DNA from: an uncultured Aliarcobacter sp.
GTDB taxonomy: Bacteria > Campylobacterota > Campylobacteria > Campylobacterales > Arcobacteraceae
Assembly: GCA_963677435.1 (NCBI GenBank)
Contig: OY781945.1
Coordinates: 192,001 to 256,000 of the forward strand
DNA: 64,000 nucleotides
Direction of reading: 5' to 3'
A program made the translations under genes and the position numbers. The notes beneath the pieces were generated by a model. The model had not been told where the DNA came from. It saw nothing but the letters and a program-made list of their open reading frames with translations, and did no database searches. How positions within the stretch are numbered: position 1 is the stretch's first letter; every line of letters starts with the position of its first letter. Positions 20,008 through 29,509 of this stretch are shown one piece after another.

Positions 20008-21591
20008 TCATGCACTCATTACACCTTTAATCATAAAGAAAATTGCAGCAGCTAATATTGCAGCAGCAGGAACAGTAATAATCCAAGCAGCAATAATTTT
20101 CTTAACTGCATCTCTTTTTACATATTTCGTGCTTTTTGCATCTTTTACATCTTTTCTATCTTGTTTAACTAACTCTTCTCTATCATCAATCTTTTTGTAT
20201 AGTTCAACAATTTTCATGTAATTAGCTTTTGATTTATCTTTAATAATCTCTAATTTTTCTAGTTCTTCATGCATAGCATCAAGTTCTTTTTTGTGTTTTT
20301 TAAATTTTCTTCTTGTTTCTTGTAGAAATCTTTGTTCATTTGCATCAAGAAACTCTCTTAAAAATCCAACTCCAAAAACTCCACCAATTGCAATATGTGT
20401 TGATGAAACAGGCAGACCTAATTGACTTGCTATAATAACAGTAACAGCTGCTGCCATTGCGATTGAATAAGCTCTAATTTGATCAAGTTCTGTAATCTCT
20501 GATCCAACTGTTTTAATAAGTTTAGGACCATAAAGAGTAAGTCCAATAACAATACCAATAGCACCAACAGCCATAACCCAAAATGGAATACTAACTTTAC
20601 TTGCAATATCTGAATTCATAACTGCATCATTAATAGCAGCTAATGGTCCAATTGCATTAGCAACATCATTTGCACCATGAGCAAAAGATAAAAGTGCTGC
20701 TGCAAAAATTAATGGTAAATTAAATAAAGAGTTTATAGAGGCTCTATTATTGATTAATTTTAAAGATGCTTTATAAACTAAAGGTTTAACAAAAAAGTAA
20801 CTTGCAATTGAAATAGCTAAGGCAATTAAACTAGCAGTTAAAAAATTTACATTTACTATTGATTTAAGACCCTTTAGAATAATATAAGTACTAAATGACC
20901 AAGCCATAAATGCAATTAAAATTGGAACAAATTTATTCGCTGATTCAAGAACATTTTCTTTATAGATAATTTGTTTTTTAATAAAATATAAAAAACCAGC
21001 AGCAACAATTCCACCCAATAGTGGTGAGATAACCCATGAAGCAACAATTTTACTAACAGTATGCCAATCAACAATTGAAAAACCAGCAGCGGCAATTCCA
21101 GCACCCATAACTCCTCCAACAATTGAGTGAGTAGTAGAAACAGGTGCACCAATTGAAGTTGCAAAATTTAGCCAAAGTGCCCCTGATAATAGAGCAGCAG
21201 TCATTGCCCAAACAAAAATATCAGGATTTGAGATTAAAGCTGGATTAATTATTCCATCTTTAATAGTTTTTACAACATCTCCACCTGCAATGAATGAACC
21301 CAAACTTTCAAAAATAGCTGCTATAAGAATAGCACCTGTTAATGTCAATGCCCGTGAACCAACAGCAGGACCTACATTATTTGCAACATCATTTGCACCA
21401 ATATTCATAGCCATATATGCACCAAAAATTGCACCTATAACTAAAAATGTATTATTAGGTACATTACCATGTGATGTGTAAGACCATAAAAAAACTACTA
21501 CTATAAAAAGTAATGCCAGTGAAAGTTTTGCAAAGCCAGGAAGTGTTTTTTCTCTTGCTTTTTCGAATTTGTTAATTGTTTTAATATCCAA
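20008..21591 (-). CDS. Inorganic phosphate transporter (PiT family)
   Basis: Two GANDVAN signatures, PVSTTH and PVSSTH. Confidence 0.95.
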   Translation of the reverse strand: MDIKTINKFEKAREKTLPGFAKLSLALLFIVVVFLWSYTSHGNVPNNTFLVIGAIFGAYMAMNIGANDVANNVGPAVGSRALTLTGAILIAAIFESLGSFIAGGDVVKTIKDGIINPALISNPDIFVWAMTAALLSGALWLNFATSIGAPVSTTHSIVGGVMGAGIAAAGFSIVDWHTVSKIVASWVISPLLGGIVAAGFLYFIKKQIIYKENVLESANKFVPILIAFMAWSFSTYIILKGLKSIVNVNFLTASLIALAISIASYFFVKPLVYKASLKLINNRASINSLFNLPLIFAAALLSFAHGANDVANAIGPLAAINDAVMNSDIASKVSIPFWVMAVGAIGIVIGLTLYGPKLIKTVGSEITELDQIRAYSIAMAAAVTVIIASQLGLPVSSTHIAIGGVFGVGFLREFLDANEQRFLQETRRKFKKHKKELDAMHEELEKLEIIKDKSKANYMKIVELYKKIDDREELVKQDRKDVKDAKSTKYVKRDAVKKIIAAWIITVPAAAILAAAIFFMIKGVMSA

Positions 21592-21601
21592 AGTGAACCT
21601 T

Positions 21602-21620
21602 TTGTAACTATCTTGTAACT
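21602..21620. promoter_or_regulatory. Tandem TTGTAACT repeat (11-bp period) upstream of the PiT gene
   Basis: TTGTAACT at 21602 and 21613, with a third copy at 21702. Confidence 0.45.
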
Positions 21621-21785
21621 TAAGTAAGGCAGTATTATAGTGGCATTTCGCTTATCATAGCTTTAAGAAAGCTTAAATTTATTATAGACTTACTAATTAA
21701 ATTGTAACTAATCACAATATATTATTACTAAAAAGATGAGGATTTATTGAGGAGTAAAAAGAGTTTATAGGATTGAAAAAGAGAA

Positions 21786-23477
21786 TTAATCTCTTTTTCT
21801 GCTTCTGTCACCAGATGGTCTTGGTGCTCTATCTCCACTTGGCTTTCTATCACCAGATGGTCTATCACCTCTTGGGGCTCTATCTCCTGATGGTCTATCA
21901 CCTCTTGGGGCTCTATCACCACTTGGTCTTCTGTCTCCAGATGGTCTATCACCAGATGGTCTTGGTGCTCTATCTCCTGATGGTCTATCACCTCTTGGGG
22001 CTCTATCTCTATCACCACTTCTTGAGTTTCTATCTCCAGATCTAGGACCTCTATCACCACCTCTTGAGTCTCCACCTCTAGAACCACCGAATCTTCCACC
22101 TCTTCCACCTCTTGAATTTCTACCAGAAGATGAACCATCATTATCATATCTACTTGTATTTTCAATAAGTCTTTTAATATCAGATTCTGATTTTCCAATA
22201 TTATTATTACCTTGAACTAATGTAGATGCTGAAATCATTGATGCTAATTTAAAAGCAATTGTTGAAATATCAAATTCTTCTTTTAACTCTTCAACTAGTG
22301 CTAATGCATAATCACTAATTTCTTGTTCACTGATTTGGTTTTTTAATTCAATGATTTTTTTCTCTTTTACTGAATCAATATTAGGAATAGCTTTCCCTTC
22401 TAATTTAGTACCAATGTTTTTTTCAATTTTTTGTAACATTCTAAACTCATGTGGAGTTACAATAGAAACAGCAACACCTTCTTTTCCAGCTCTTCCTGTT
22501 CTTCCAATTCTATGCACATAAGACTCAGAATCAAATGGTAAATGGTAGTTAAATACATGAGAAACATCATTTACATCAAGTCCCCTTGCAGCAACATCTG
22601 TTGCAATAAGAATTTCTAATTTAGAAGTTTTAAACGCTCTAATTGCTTCTTCTCTTTGTCTTTGCTCCATATCACCATGAAGACCTTTTGCCATGAATCC
22701 TTGAGAAACCATGAAAGTTGATAATCTATCAACTTCTTTTTTTGTGCGACAAAAGATAATTGATTTAGTAGGATTTTTATAATCATATAATCTAATTAAA
22801 GCATCATCTCTTTCTCTTTCATCAACAACATAAAAAGTTTGAGTAATTTTTGCATTTGTTACATCACTTTTTGTTAATGTAATAAATTCTGGATTATTTA
22901 AAATAGTTTTTGCAAGATTTTTAATTGCTACTGGCATTGTTGCAGAGAATAATAAAGTTTGTCTCTCTTTTGGTAAGAAAGTAAAAATCTCTTTAATATC
23001 ATCTAAGAATCCCATATCAAGCATTTCATCTGCTTCATCCAGAATTACATAATCAGGTTTAATGTTTATTTTATTACCTCTTAAAAGATCTAAAAATCTT
23101 CCTGGAGTTGCAACAATAATTCCTGCATTTTCTATTAATTTAATTTGTCTAGCATATGCTTGTCCACCATATACAGTTGCAGTGTTAACACCTAAAAATT
23201 TACCAAATCTGTATAATTCATCTGAAACTTGCATTGCAAGTTCTCTTGTAGGAACAATAACAACAGCTTCAACACCTGAATTCCCTTTCATATTATTTAA
23301 AATTGGAAGTCCAAATGCTGCTGTTTTACCAGTACCTGTATGTGCTTGTCCTACAATATCTCTTCCTGCTAATACAAATGGAATTGCTTGTTCTTGTATT
23401 GGACTTGGTTCTTTAAAACCTGCTTCGTCTATTGCTTTTTGCAATAAGTCTTTTAAATTGAATTCGTTAAAAGTCAT
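21786..23477 (-). CDS. DEAD-box RNA helicase with repetitive GDR/RGG C-terminal tail
   Basis: Q motif, AHTGTGKT, PTRELA, TPGR, DEAD, SAT, HRIGRTGRAG. Confidence 0.96.
   Translation of the reverse strand: MTFNEFNLKDLLQKAIDEAGFKEPSPIQEQAIPFVLAGRDIVGQAHTGTGKTAAFGLPILNNMKGNSGVEAVVIVPTRELAMQVSDELYRFGKFLGVNTATVYGGQAYARQIKLIENAGIIVATPGRFLDLLRGNKINIKPDYVILDEADEMLDMGFLDDIKEIFTFLPKERQTLLFSATMPVAIKNLAKTILNNPEFITLTKSDVTNAKITQTFYVVDERERDDALIRLYDYKNPTKSIIFCRTKKEVDRLSTFMVSQGFMAKGLHGDMEQRQREEAIRAFKTSKLEILIATDVAARGLDVNDVSHVFNYHLPFDSESYVHRIGRTGRAGKEGVAVSIVTPHEFRMLQKIEKNIGTKLEGKAIPNIDSVKEKKIIELKNQISEQEISDYALALVEELKEEFDISTIAFKLASMISASTLVQGNNNIGKSESDIKRLIENTSRYDNDGSSSGRNSRGGRGGRFGGSRGGDSRGGDRGPRSGDRNSRSGDRDRAPRGDRPSGDRAPRPSGDRPSGDRRPSGDRAPRGDRPSGDRAPRGDRPSGDRKPSGDRAPRPSGDRSRKRD
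21800..22125 (-). repeat. Coding tandem/mosaic repeat encoding SGDRAPRGDRP-like units
   Basis: Recurrent gatggtctatcacc and ctcttggggctctatc units inside the helicase 3' end. Confidence 0.9.
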
Positions 23478-23689
23478 TTTTTTACCTTAGTATATATTTA
23501 TAAAAAATACACACGGTTATATAAGTTAGATTTAATCTCCCCATAAATGTACAATTAAAACGCAATTTGAGTCTTGCAAGTAAGTCAGTTTAATGAAAAT
23601 GAATCTTTGATTAGTCTATCAAAGTAAAATGGGTATATAAATGTGTATAATTTAGCGGATTGTATCTAGTTTTAGATAAATTTAAGCTT

Positions 23690-23718
23690 TAAGAAAAAGA
23701 GCTAAGCTCTTTTTCTTA
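23690..23718 (-). terminator. Intrinsic terminator after accC
   Basis: TAAGAAAAAGAGCT-A-AGCTCTTTTTCTTA. Confidence 0.75.
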
Positions 23719-25068
23719 TAAGTCGTCTAGTTTTTTGTAGTTTTCTAAGTATTTAGTATCATAATTATTTGAAATAAAATCTTCATTTTCCATCATTTTT
23801 TTGTGAAATGGAATAGTTGTTTTAATTCCTTCAACTTCAAATTCAGCTAAAGCTCTTTTCATAATATTAATAGCTTTATTTCTATCTCTTCCCCAAACAA
23901 TAAGTTTTCCTATCATTGAGTCATAATATGGTGGTACTACATAGTTTGTATATACATGAGAATCAACTCTTACATTTCTTCCACCAGGAACCATCCATTG
24001 TGTTACTTTTCCTGGACATGGTAAAAATGAGTTTGGATCTTCTGCTGTAATTCTACACTCAATTGCATGACCTTTGAATTTAATTGATTCTTGAGGAGGA
24101 ACTTTTTCACCTTCAGCCACTTTAATCATTAGTTCTACAATATCAATTCCTGAAACCATTTCAGAAACTGGATGTTCAACTTGAAGTCTTGTATTCATTT
24201 CCATAAAATAAATATTTTGTTTATCATCTGCTAAAAATTCAAAAGTTCCAGCACCTTCATATTTTAAATACTTAGTAGCTTTTACTGCTACTTCATGAAG
24301 TTTTGCTCTTGTTTCATCATTTAATAAAATAGCAGGAGATTCTTCAATAACTTTTTGATGTCTTCTTTGAAGTGAACAATCTCTCTCACCTATATGAATA
24401 GCATTACCATGAGAATCTCCAACAACTTGAACTTCAATATGTCTTGGATTATTAATAAATCTCTCTAAATACATTGTTCCATCACCAAATGCAGCTAATG
24501 CTTCACTTGAAGCTGCCATAAATAGTTGTTCAAATTCTGACTCATCATGAATAAGTCTCATTCCTCTTCCACCACCACCAGCAGCTGCTTTAGCCATAAT
24601 TGGATAACCAATTTCAAGGGCTTTTTTCTTACCCTCAGAAACTGAATGAACAGCACCTTTTGAACCTGGAACGACAGGAACACCAGCTCTAATCATCTCT
24701 TCTTTTGCTTTTGATTTATCAGCCATTTTTTCCATTACTTCAACAGATGGTCCAATAAATTTGATATTGTGAAGTCTACAAATTTCTACAAAATCTTGAT
24801 TTTCAGATAAAAATCCATAACCTGGGAAAATAGCATCACAACCTGTCATTTCAGCAGCTGTGATAATTGCTGGAATGTTTAAGTATGATTCACTAGATCT
24901 TGCACCACCAATACATACAGCTTCATCTGCATGTTTTAAATAAGATGCATCTTTATCACCTGTACTATAAACAGCAACAGATTTTTTACCCATTTCTCTG
25001 ATAGTTCTAACAGCTCTTTGAACGATTTCACCTCTATTAGCTATTAAAATTTTTTTAATTTCTGCCAT
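23716..25068 (-). CDS. accC: Acetyl-CoA carboxylase biotin carboxylase
   Basis: ANRGEI, PGYGFLSEN, GGGGRGMR, EMNTRLQVEH; adjacent to BCCP. Confidence 0.93.
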   Translation of the reverse strand: MAEIKKILIANRGEIVQRAVRTIREMGKKSVAVYSTGDKDASYLKHADEAVCIGGARSSESYLNIPAIITAAEMTGCDAIFPGYGFLSENQDFVEICRLHNIKFIGPSVEVMEKMADKSKAKEEMIRAGVPVVPGSKGAVHSVSEGKKKALEIGYPIMAKAAAGGGGRGMRLIHDESEFEQLFMAASSEALAAFGDGTMYLERFINNPRHIEVQVVGDSHGNAIHIGERDCSLQRRHQKVIEESPAILLNDETRAKLHEVAVKATKYLKYEGAGTFEFLADDKQNIYFMEMNTRLQVEHPVSEMVSGIDIVELMIKVAEGEKVPPQESIKFKGHAIECRITAEDPNSFLPCPGKVTQWMVPGGRNVRVDSHVYTNYVVPPYYDSMIGKLIVWGRDRNKAINIMKRALAEFEVEGIKTTIPFHKKMMENEDFISNNYDTKYLENYKKLDDL

Positions 25069-25077
25069 AATTAACTC

Positions 25078-25539
25078 TTATAATTTTTCAACAACGAAGA
25101 TTGGCATATCATATTCAACTGGTGAACCATCTTTTACTAAAATTTCAACAATTTTACAATCGAATTCAGCTTCTACTTCATTCATTATTTTCATTGCTTC
25201 TAAAATACAAAGTGTTTGACCTTTTTTAACTGTAGCTCCAACTTCAACAAAAGATGGTGATTCAGGAGATGGTGAAGAGTAGTAAGTTCCAACCATTGGT
25301 GAATTAATAGTTTCACCAGATTTAGCAACTTTAGCAACTTCAACTGTTACAGGTGTTGCAGAAATTGTAGCAGCAGGAGCAGCTTGAGTAACTGGTGCTG
25401 TAGTTGTTACAGTAGTTGCAAATCCATTTTCAAAACCTCTTTGCATAGAAATTTCAAATTCACCTTCTTTAACCTTTAATTTGTTAAGTTCACTCTTATC
25501 AAATACTCTTATTAATTCTTTGATATCTTTAAAATCCAT
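25078..25539 (-). CDS. accB: Biotin carboxyl carrier protein
   Basis: SPMVGT, EAMKIMNE biotinylation motif, Ala/Pro/Thr linker. Confidence 0.95.
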   Translation of the reverse strand: MDFKDIKELIRVFDKSELNKLKVKEGEFEISMQRGFENGFATTVTTTAPVTQAAPAATISATPVTVEVAKVAKSGETINSPMVGTYYSSPSPESPSFVEVGATVKKGQTLCILEAMKIMNEVEAEFDCKIVEILVKDGSPVEYDMPIFVVEKL

Positions 25540-25710
25540 ACTCAGCCTTTTTAATTTAATAAAATTTTTTCTGATAATAGCACATTTTTTCTGATAAATA
25601 TATTTTTATATATTTAAATAAGTTTTATTTAAGTTTCAGATAGAATTATCCATTGTATTTGATTAAAATATCTTTTTGATATAATCAAAAAAATTAAATT
25701 TAGGAATAAA

Positions 25711-26148
25711 ATGTTAAACGATAGAAGTTTTATAAATATTGCAAAAGAGATTGCACTTGCATCAAAGTGCGTATCAAAACAAGTTGGAGCTGTAATTGTA
25801 AAAGATGGAAGAATATTATCAACAGGCTACAACGGAACACCAGCTGGATATAAAAATTGTAGTGAACATTGGAATGGAGAATATACAAAAGATCATCATG
25901 AATGGTCAAAAACTTATGAAATTCACGCAGAAATGAATGCAATAATTTGGGCAGCTAGAAAAGGAATATCAATTGAGGGTGGAACAATTTATGTAACCCT
26001 AGAACCTTGTAGTGAATGCTCTAAAAATCTAATTGCAAGTGGAATTAAAAGAATTGTATATGAAAAAGCTTATGAACATACAAACTCAGAAATAATATCG
26101 AAATTCATAAAAGACAATAATGTTCATATAGAACAAATTGCCCAATAA
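25711..26148 (+). CDS. dCMP deaminase-family protein
   Basis: VGAVIV, GYNG, HAEMNA, PCSEC zinc motifs. Confidence 0.92.
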   Translation: MLNDRSFINIAKEIALASKCVSKQVGAVIVKDGRILSTGYNGTPAGYKNCSEHWNGEYTKDHHEWSKTYEIHAEMNAIIWAARKGISIEGGTIYVTLEPCSECSKNLIASGIKRIVYEKAYEHTNSEIISKFIKDNNVHIEQIAQ

Positions 26149-26157
26149 TAGTTTTTA

Positions 26158-26727
26158 ATGGCTTATAAAGATAATCATAAATTTTATAAATCAGCAATTT
26201 CAAAATATGGAATAAGCGCACAAGGAGTTCATTGGAACTCAACATATACTCAATACAAAAGATTTGAAATATTAACAAGTTTTATAGAAAATAAAATTAT
26301 TCAATCAAATATTATTGATGCTGGTTGTGGTTTTGGTGAGTATTACAACTATTTGTTTGATAATGATTTAAAACCTAAATCTTATTTAGGAATTGATTGC
26401 GAAGAAAAAATGATAAATTTAGCATCAAAGAGATTTTTAGAAGCTAAGTTTGAAATTATAAATATTTTAGAAGATAAACTCTCTTTAGCTGATTATTATG
26501 TTTGCAGTGGTGCTTTAAATATTTTAGAAAAAAATGAAATATTTATTTTTATAAGAAAATGTTTTGAAGCTTCCAAAGTTGGATTTGTTTTTAATTTTTT
26601 AAAAAATGATTCTTTAACAAAAATAGATCATATTGAAATTATTGATTATTGTAAAAAAATATCAAGAAAAGTGGAAATAAAAGAGAATTATTTAGACAAT
26701 GACATTAGTATATTTATAAAAAAATAA
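26158..26727 (+). CDS. Class I SAM-dependent methyltransferase
   Basis: IIDAGCGFG, YLGID, DYYVCSGALN. Confidence 0.85.
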   Translation: MAYKDNHKFYKSAISKYGISAQGVHWNSTYTQYKRFEILTSFIENKIIQSNIIDAGCGFGEYYNYLFDNDLKPKSYLGIDCEEKMINLASKRFLEAKFEIINILEDKLSLADYYVCSGALNILEKNEIFIFIRKCFEASKVGFVFNFLKNDSLTKIDHIEIIDYCKKISRKVEIKENYLDNDISIFIKK

Positions 26728-26729
26728 AA

Positions 26730-26762
26730 TATCATATATTTCTCATATACTAAATATAAAAT
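26730..26762 (+). promoter_or_regulatory. Putative response-regulator direct repeat plus -10 box upstream of lutA
   Basis: TATCAT-N5-TCTCAT-N10-TAAAAT, same spacing as upstream of dctP. Confidence 0.5.
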
Positions 26763-26787
26763 AAGTTATTAAAAAGTAGGAGTGTAC

Positions 26788-27537
26788 ATGAAAATAGGTC
26801 TTTTTATTCCTTGTTTTATGAATGAGTTATATCCAAATATTTGTAAAGCAACATATAAAGTGTTAAAAGATCAAGGTTTACAAATAGAGTATCCACTTAG
26901 TCAAACTTGCTGTGGACAACCTATGGCAAATTCTGGTTGTTCAAAAGATGTTAAAAAGTTAGCACTTGAATTTGTAAAAACATTTAAAGATTACGATTAT
27001 ATCGTAGCACCAAGTGGTTCATGTGTAGCAATGGTAAAAGAGCATTATGCGGAGTTCTTTGATAATGATAAAGACTACAATAAAGTAAAAGCTTCTATTT
27101 ATGAAGTTTGTGAATTTTTACATGATATTATAAAAATTGAAAATATTAATTTTAATATTTCTTTCCCACATAAAGTTGGAGTTCATAACTCATGTCATGG
27201 ACATAGAGTTTTAAAACTAGCAAGTGCTAGTGAACTTAATATTCCTTATGATTCAAAACTAAAAAATCTTCTAACAAAAGTATCTGATATTGAATTAGTA
27301 ACCCTAAGAAGAGAAGATGAGTGCTGTGGATTTGGAGGAACATTTAGTGTTCAAGAAGAAGCAATTTCAGTTGCTATGGGAAAAGATAGAATAAAAGACC
27401 ATTTAGATTCATCTGCACAAGTAATAACAGGCGCTGATATGTCATGTTTAATGCATATGGATGGAATCATAAACAGAGATAAGAATCCAATAAAAGTTAT
27501 GCATATTGTAGAAATTCTTGCAGGAGTTAAACTATGA
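26788..27537 (+). CDS. lutA: L-lactate dehydrogenase complex subunit LutA/LldE (CCG domains)
   Basis: QTCCGQP, PSGSC, HNSCH, CCGFGGTF, DMSCLMH. ATG 26788 is best spaced from AGGAG. Confidence 0.9.
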   Translation: MKIGLFIPCFMNELYPNICKATYKVLKDQGLQIEYPLSQTCCGQPMANSGCSKDVKKLALEFVKTFKDYDYIVAPSGSCVAMVKEHYAEFFDNDKDYNKVKASIYEVCEFLHDIIKIENINFNISFPHKVGVHNSCHGHRVLKLASASELNIPYDSKLKNLLTKVSDIELVTLRREDECCGFGGTFSVQEEAISVAMGKDRIKDHLDSSAQVITGADMSCLMHMDGIINRDKNPIKVMHIVEILAGVKL

Positions 27538-28904
27538 GTAGTCACAGTGTAAATGCTAGTAAATTTGTAGCTAATGATGAGAGAATGCATTGGCATGATC
27601 AAGCGCTTTGGTTTGTAAGAGAAAAAAGAGATAGAGCTAGTAAATCAATCCCTGAATGGGAAAATTTAAGAGAGTTTGCAAATCAAATTAAAACTCACAC
27701 TATGGCAAATCTTGATACATATCTTTTAGAATTTGAAAAGAATGCCACAAAAAAAGGTATTAAAGTTCATTTTGCAATTGATGCTTTAGAACATAATCAA
27801 ATTGTTGCAAAGATTTTAAAAGAACATAATGTAACAAAACTTGTAAAATCAAAATCTATGTTAACTGAAGAGTGCCACTTAAATCCATATTTAGAAAATT
27901 TAGGAATAGAAGTTATAGACACAGACTTAGGAGAAAGAATCGTTCAACTAAGACATGAGACTCCATCACATATTGTTCTTCCAGCAATTCACCTAAAAAA
28001 ATCAGATGTATCAGATACTTTCCATGAACATTTAGGAACAGAGCAAGGAAATTATGACCCAACATATCTTACTCGTGCAGCAAGAGGTGCTTTAAGAGAA
28101 GATTTCTTAACAGCACAAGCAGGACTTACAGGAGTAAATTTTGCAATTGCAAGTACTGGTGGAGTTGTAGTTTGTACAAATGAGGGAAATGCAGATATGG
28201 GAGCTAGTGTTCCAAAACTTCATATTGCTTCAATGGGAATTGAAAAAATAATTCCAAGACTTGAAGATTTATCTGTATTTACAAGATTATTAGCAAGAAG
28301 TGCAACAGGGCAACCAATCACTTCATATACTTCACATTTCCATGGACCAGTTGAGGGTGGAGAAATGCATATTATTATTGTTGATAATAATAGAAGTCAA
28401 TTTCTAGCATCTGAAAAAAATAAAAAAGCTCTAAATTGTATTAGATGTGGTGCATGTATGAATACATGTCCAGTTTACAGAAGAAGTGGTGGTCACTCTT
28501 ATGAATATGTAATTCCAGGACCAATTGGTTCAATTTTAGGTTCAAAAAAAGAGCCAGAAAAGCACAACTCTTTACCATTTGCTTGTACATTATGTGGTTC
28601 ATGTTCAAATGTTTGTCCAGTAAAAATTGACTTAGATTCACAACTTTATAGTCTAAGACAAGATTTATCTGAAGCAAACTTAATTGATCCAAAGAAAAAA
28701 ATGGTATTAAAAGTAACTGCATGGTTAATGAGTAAACCAACATTATTTGAGTTTGCTGGGAAAATGGCTAGAAAGATTGTGCCAAAATTACCAAATTCTA
28801 TTATATATAATAAAGCAAATGCGTGGGGAAAACAAAGGGATATGCCTAAAATGCCTCCAAAAAGTTTTAAAGAAATGTTTAGAGATGGAGAATTAGATGA
28901 CTAG
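27534..28904 (+). CDS. lutB: L-lactate dehydrogenase complex Fe-S subunit LutB/LldF
   Basis: KSKSM, DTDLGE, PSHIVLPAIH, NEGN, CIRCGACMNTCP, CTLCGSCSNVCP. Confidence 0.93.
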   Translation: MSSHSVNASKFVANDERMHWHDQALWFVREKRDRASKSIPEWENLREFANQIKTHTMANLDTYLLEFEKNATKKGIKVHFAIDALEHNQIVAKILKEHNVTKLVKSKSMLTEECHLNPYLENLGIEVIDTDLGERIVQLRHETPSHIVLPAIHLKKSDVSDTFHEHLGTEQGNYDPTYLTRAARGALREDFLTAQAGLTGVNFAIASTGGVVVCTNEGNADMGASVPKLHIASMGIEKIIPRLEDLSVFTRLLARSATGQPITSYTSHFHGPVEGGEMHIIIVDNNRSQFLASEKNKKALNCIRCGACMNTCPVYRRSGGHSYEYVIPGPIGSILGSKKEPEKHNSLPFACTLCGSCSNVCPVKIDLDSQLYSLRQDLSEANLIDPKKKMVLKVTAWLMSKPTLFEFAGKMARKIVPKLPNSIIYNKANAWGKQRDMPKMPPKSFKEMFRDGELDD

Positions 28905-29484
28905 TAAAGAAAAAATATTAAAAAATATTAAAGATAATAATGTTGTTAAAAATGTAAAACTTCCTACTTATGAAAATTTTGGTATTAAGTATGACAATAA
29001 ATTTGAAACTTTTTCTACTATGATTGAAAGTGTTGGTGGAAAAGCTTTATTAATTGAAAAAGACAAACTGGATGAAACAATTAAATCTCTTTATCCTGAT
29101 GAAAAACAAATAGCAAGTGATGTAGATTTTTGCTCTATTGGAAATTTTAATGCAAATGATTATGAAGATGCACATGATTTAAGCAACATTGATTTAGCAG
29201 TTGTAAGAGGTAATTTTGCAATTGCTGAAAATGGTGCAATTTGGATGAAAAATGAAAATAATAGACATAGAGCTTTATATTTTATTGCTCAAAATATTGT
29301 TATTGTAATTAATGAAAATGAACTTTTAAATAATATGCACGAAGCTTATGAAAAAATTGATTTTGATAATGCAGGTTATGGTGTATTTATTTCAGGTCCA
29401 TCAAAAACAGCAGATATTGAACAATCACTTGTAATTGGAGCACATGGACCAAAATCAGGTTATGTAATCTTCATAAAATCTTGA
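28897..29484 (+). CDS. lutC: LUD-domain protein LutC/LldG
   Basis: IAENGAI and ISGPSKTADIEQSLVIGAHGP. Confidence 0.92.
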   Translation: MTSKEKILKNIKDNNVVKNVKLPTYENFGIKYDNKFETFSTMIESVGGKALLIEKDKLDETIKSLYPDEKQIASDVDFCSIGNFNANDYEDAHDLSNIDLAVVRGNFAIAENGAIWMKNENNRHRALYFIAQNIVIVINENELLNNMHEAYEKIDFDNAGYGVFISGPSKTADIEQSLVIGAHGPKSGYVIFIKS

Positions 29485-29509
29485 TATAATTGCTAAATAG
29501 GGGACAATA

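Noticed and set aside
21800..22125. Possible CRISPR array
   Set aside because: The repeats are in-frame within a CDS, of irregular length, and lack unique spacers; no cas genes are present.
21728..22198. Alternative-frame repetitive ORFs (156 aa on minus; 21773..22045 on plus)
   Set aside because: They are shadows of the helicase coding repeat, which keeps alternative frames open.
23062..23490. Antisense ORFs inside long genes (also 34400..34825, 40337..40747, 32792..33091, 773..1006 and similar)
   Set aside because: They lie opposite well-supported CDSs and have no motifs, as expected from codon-bias shadows.
23478..23689. Riboswitch or leader peptide upstream of the DEAD-box helicase
   Set aside because: The long leader is plausible, but I recognised no aptamer, and the 20-codon ORF there lacks an RBS.
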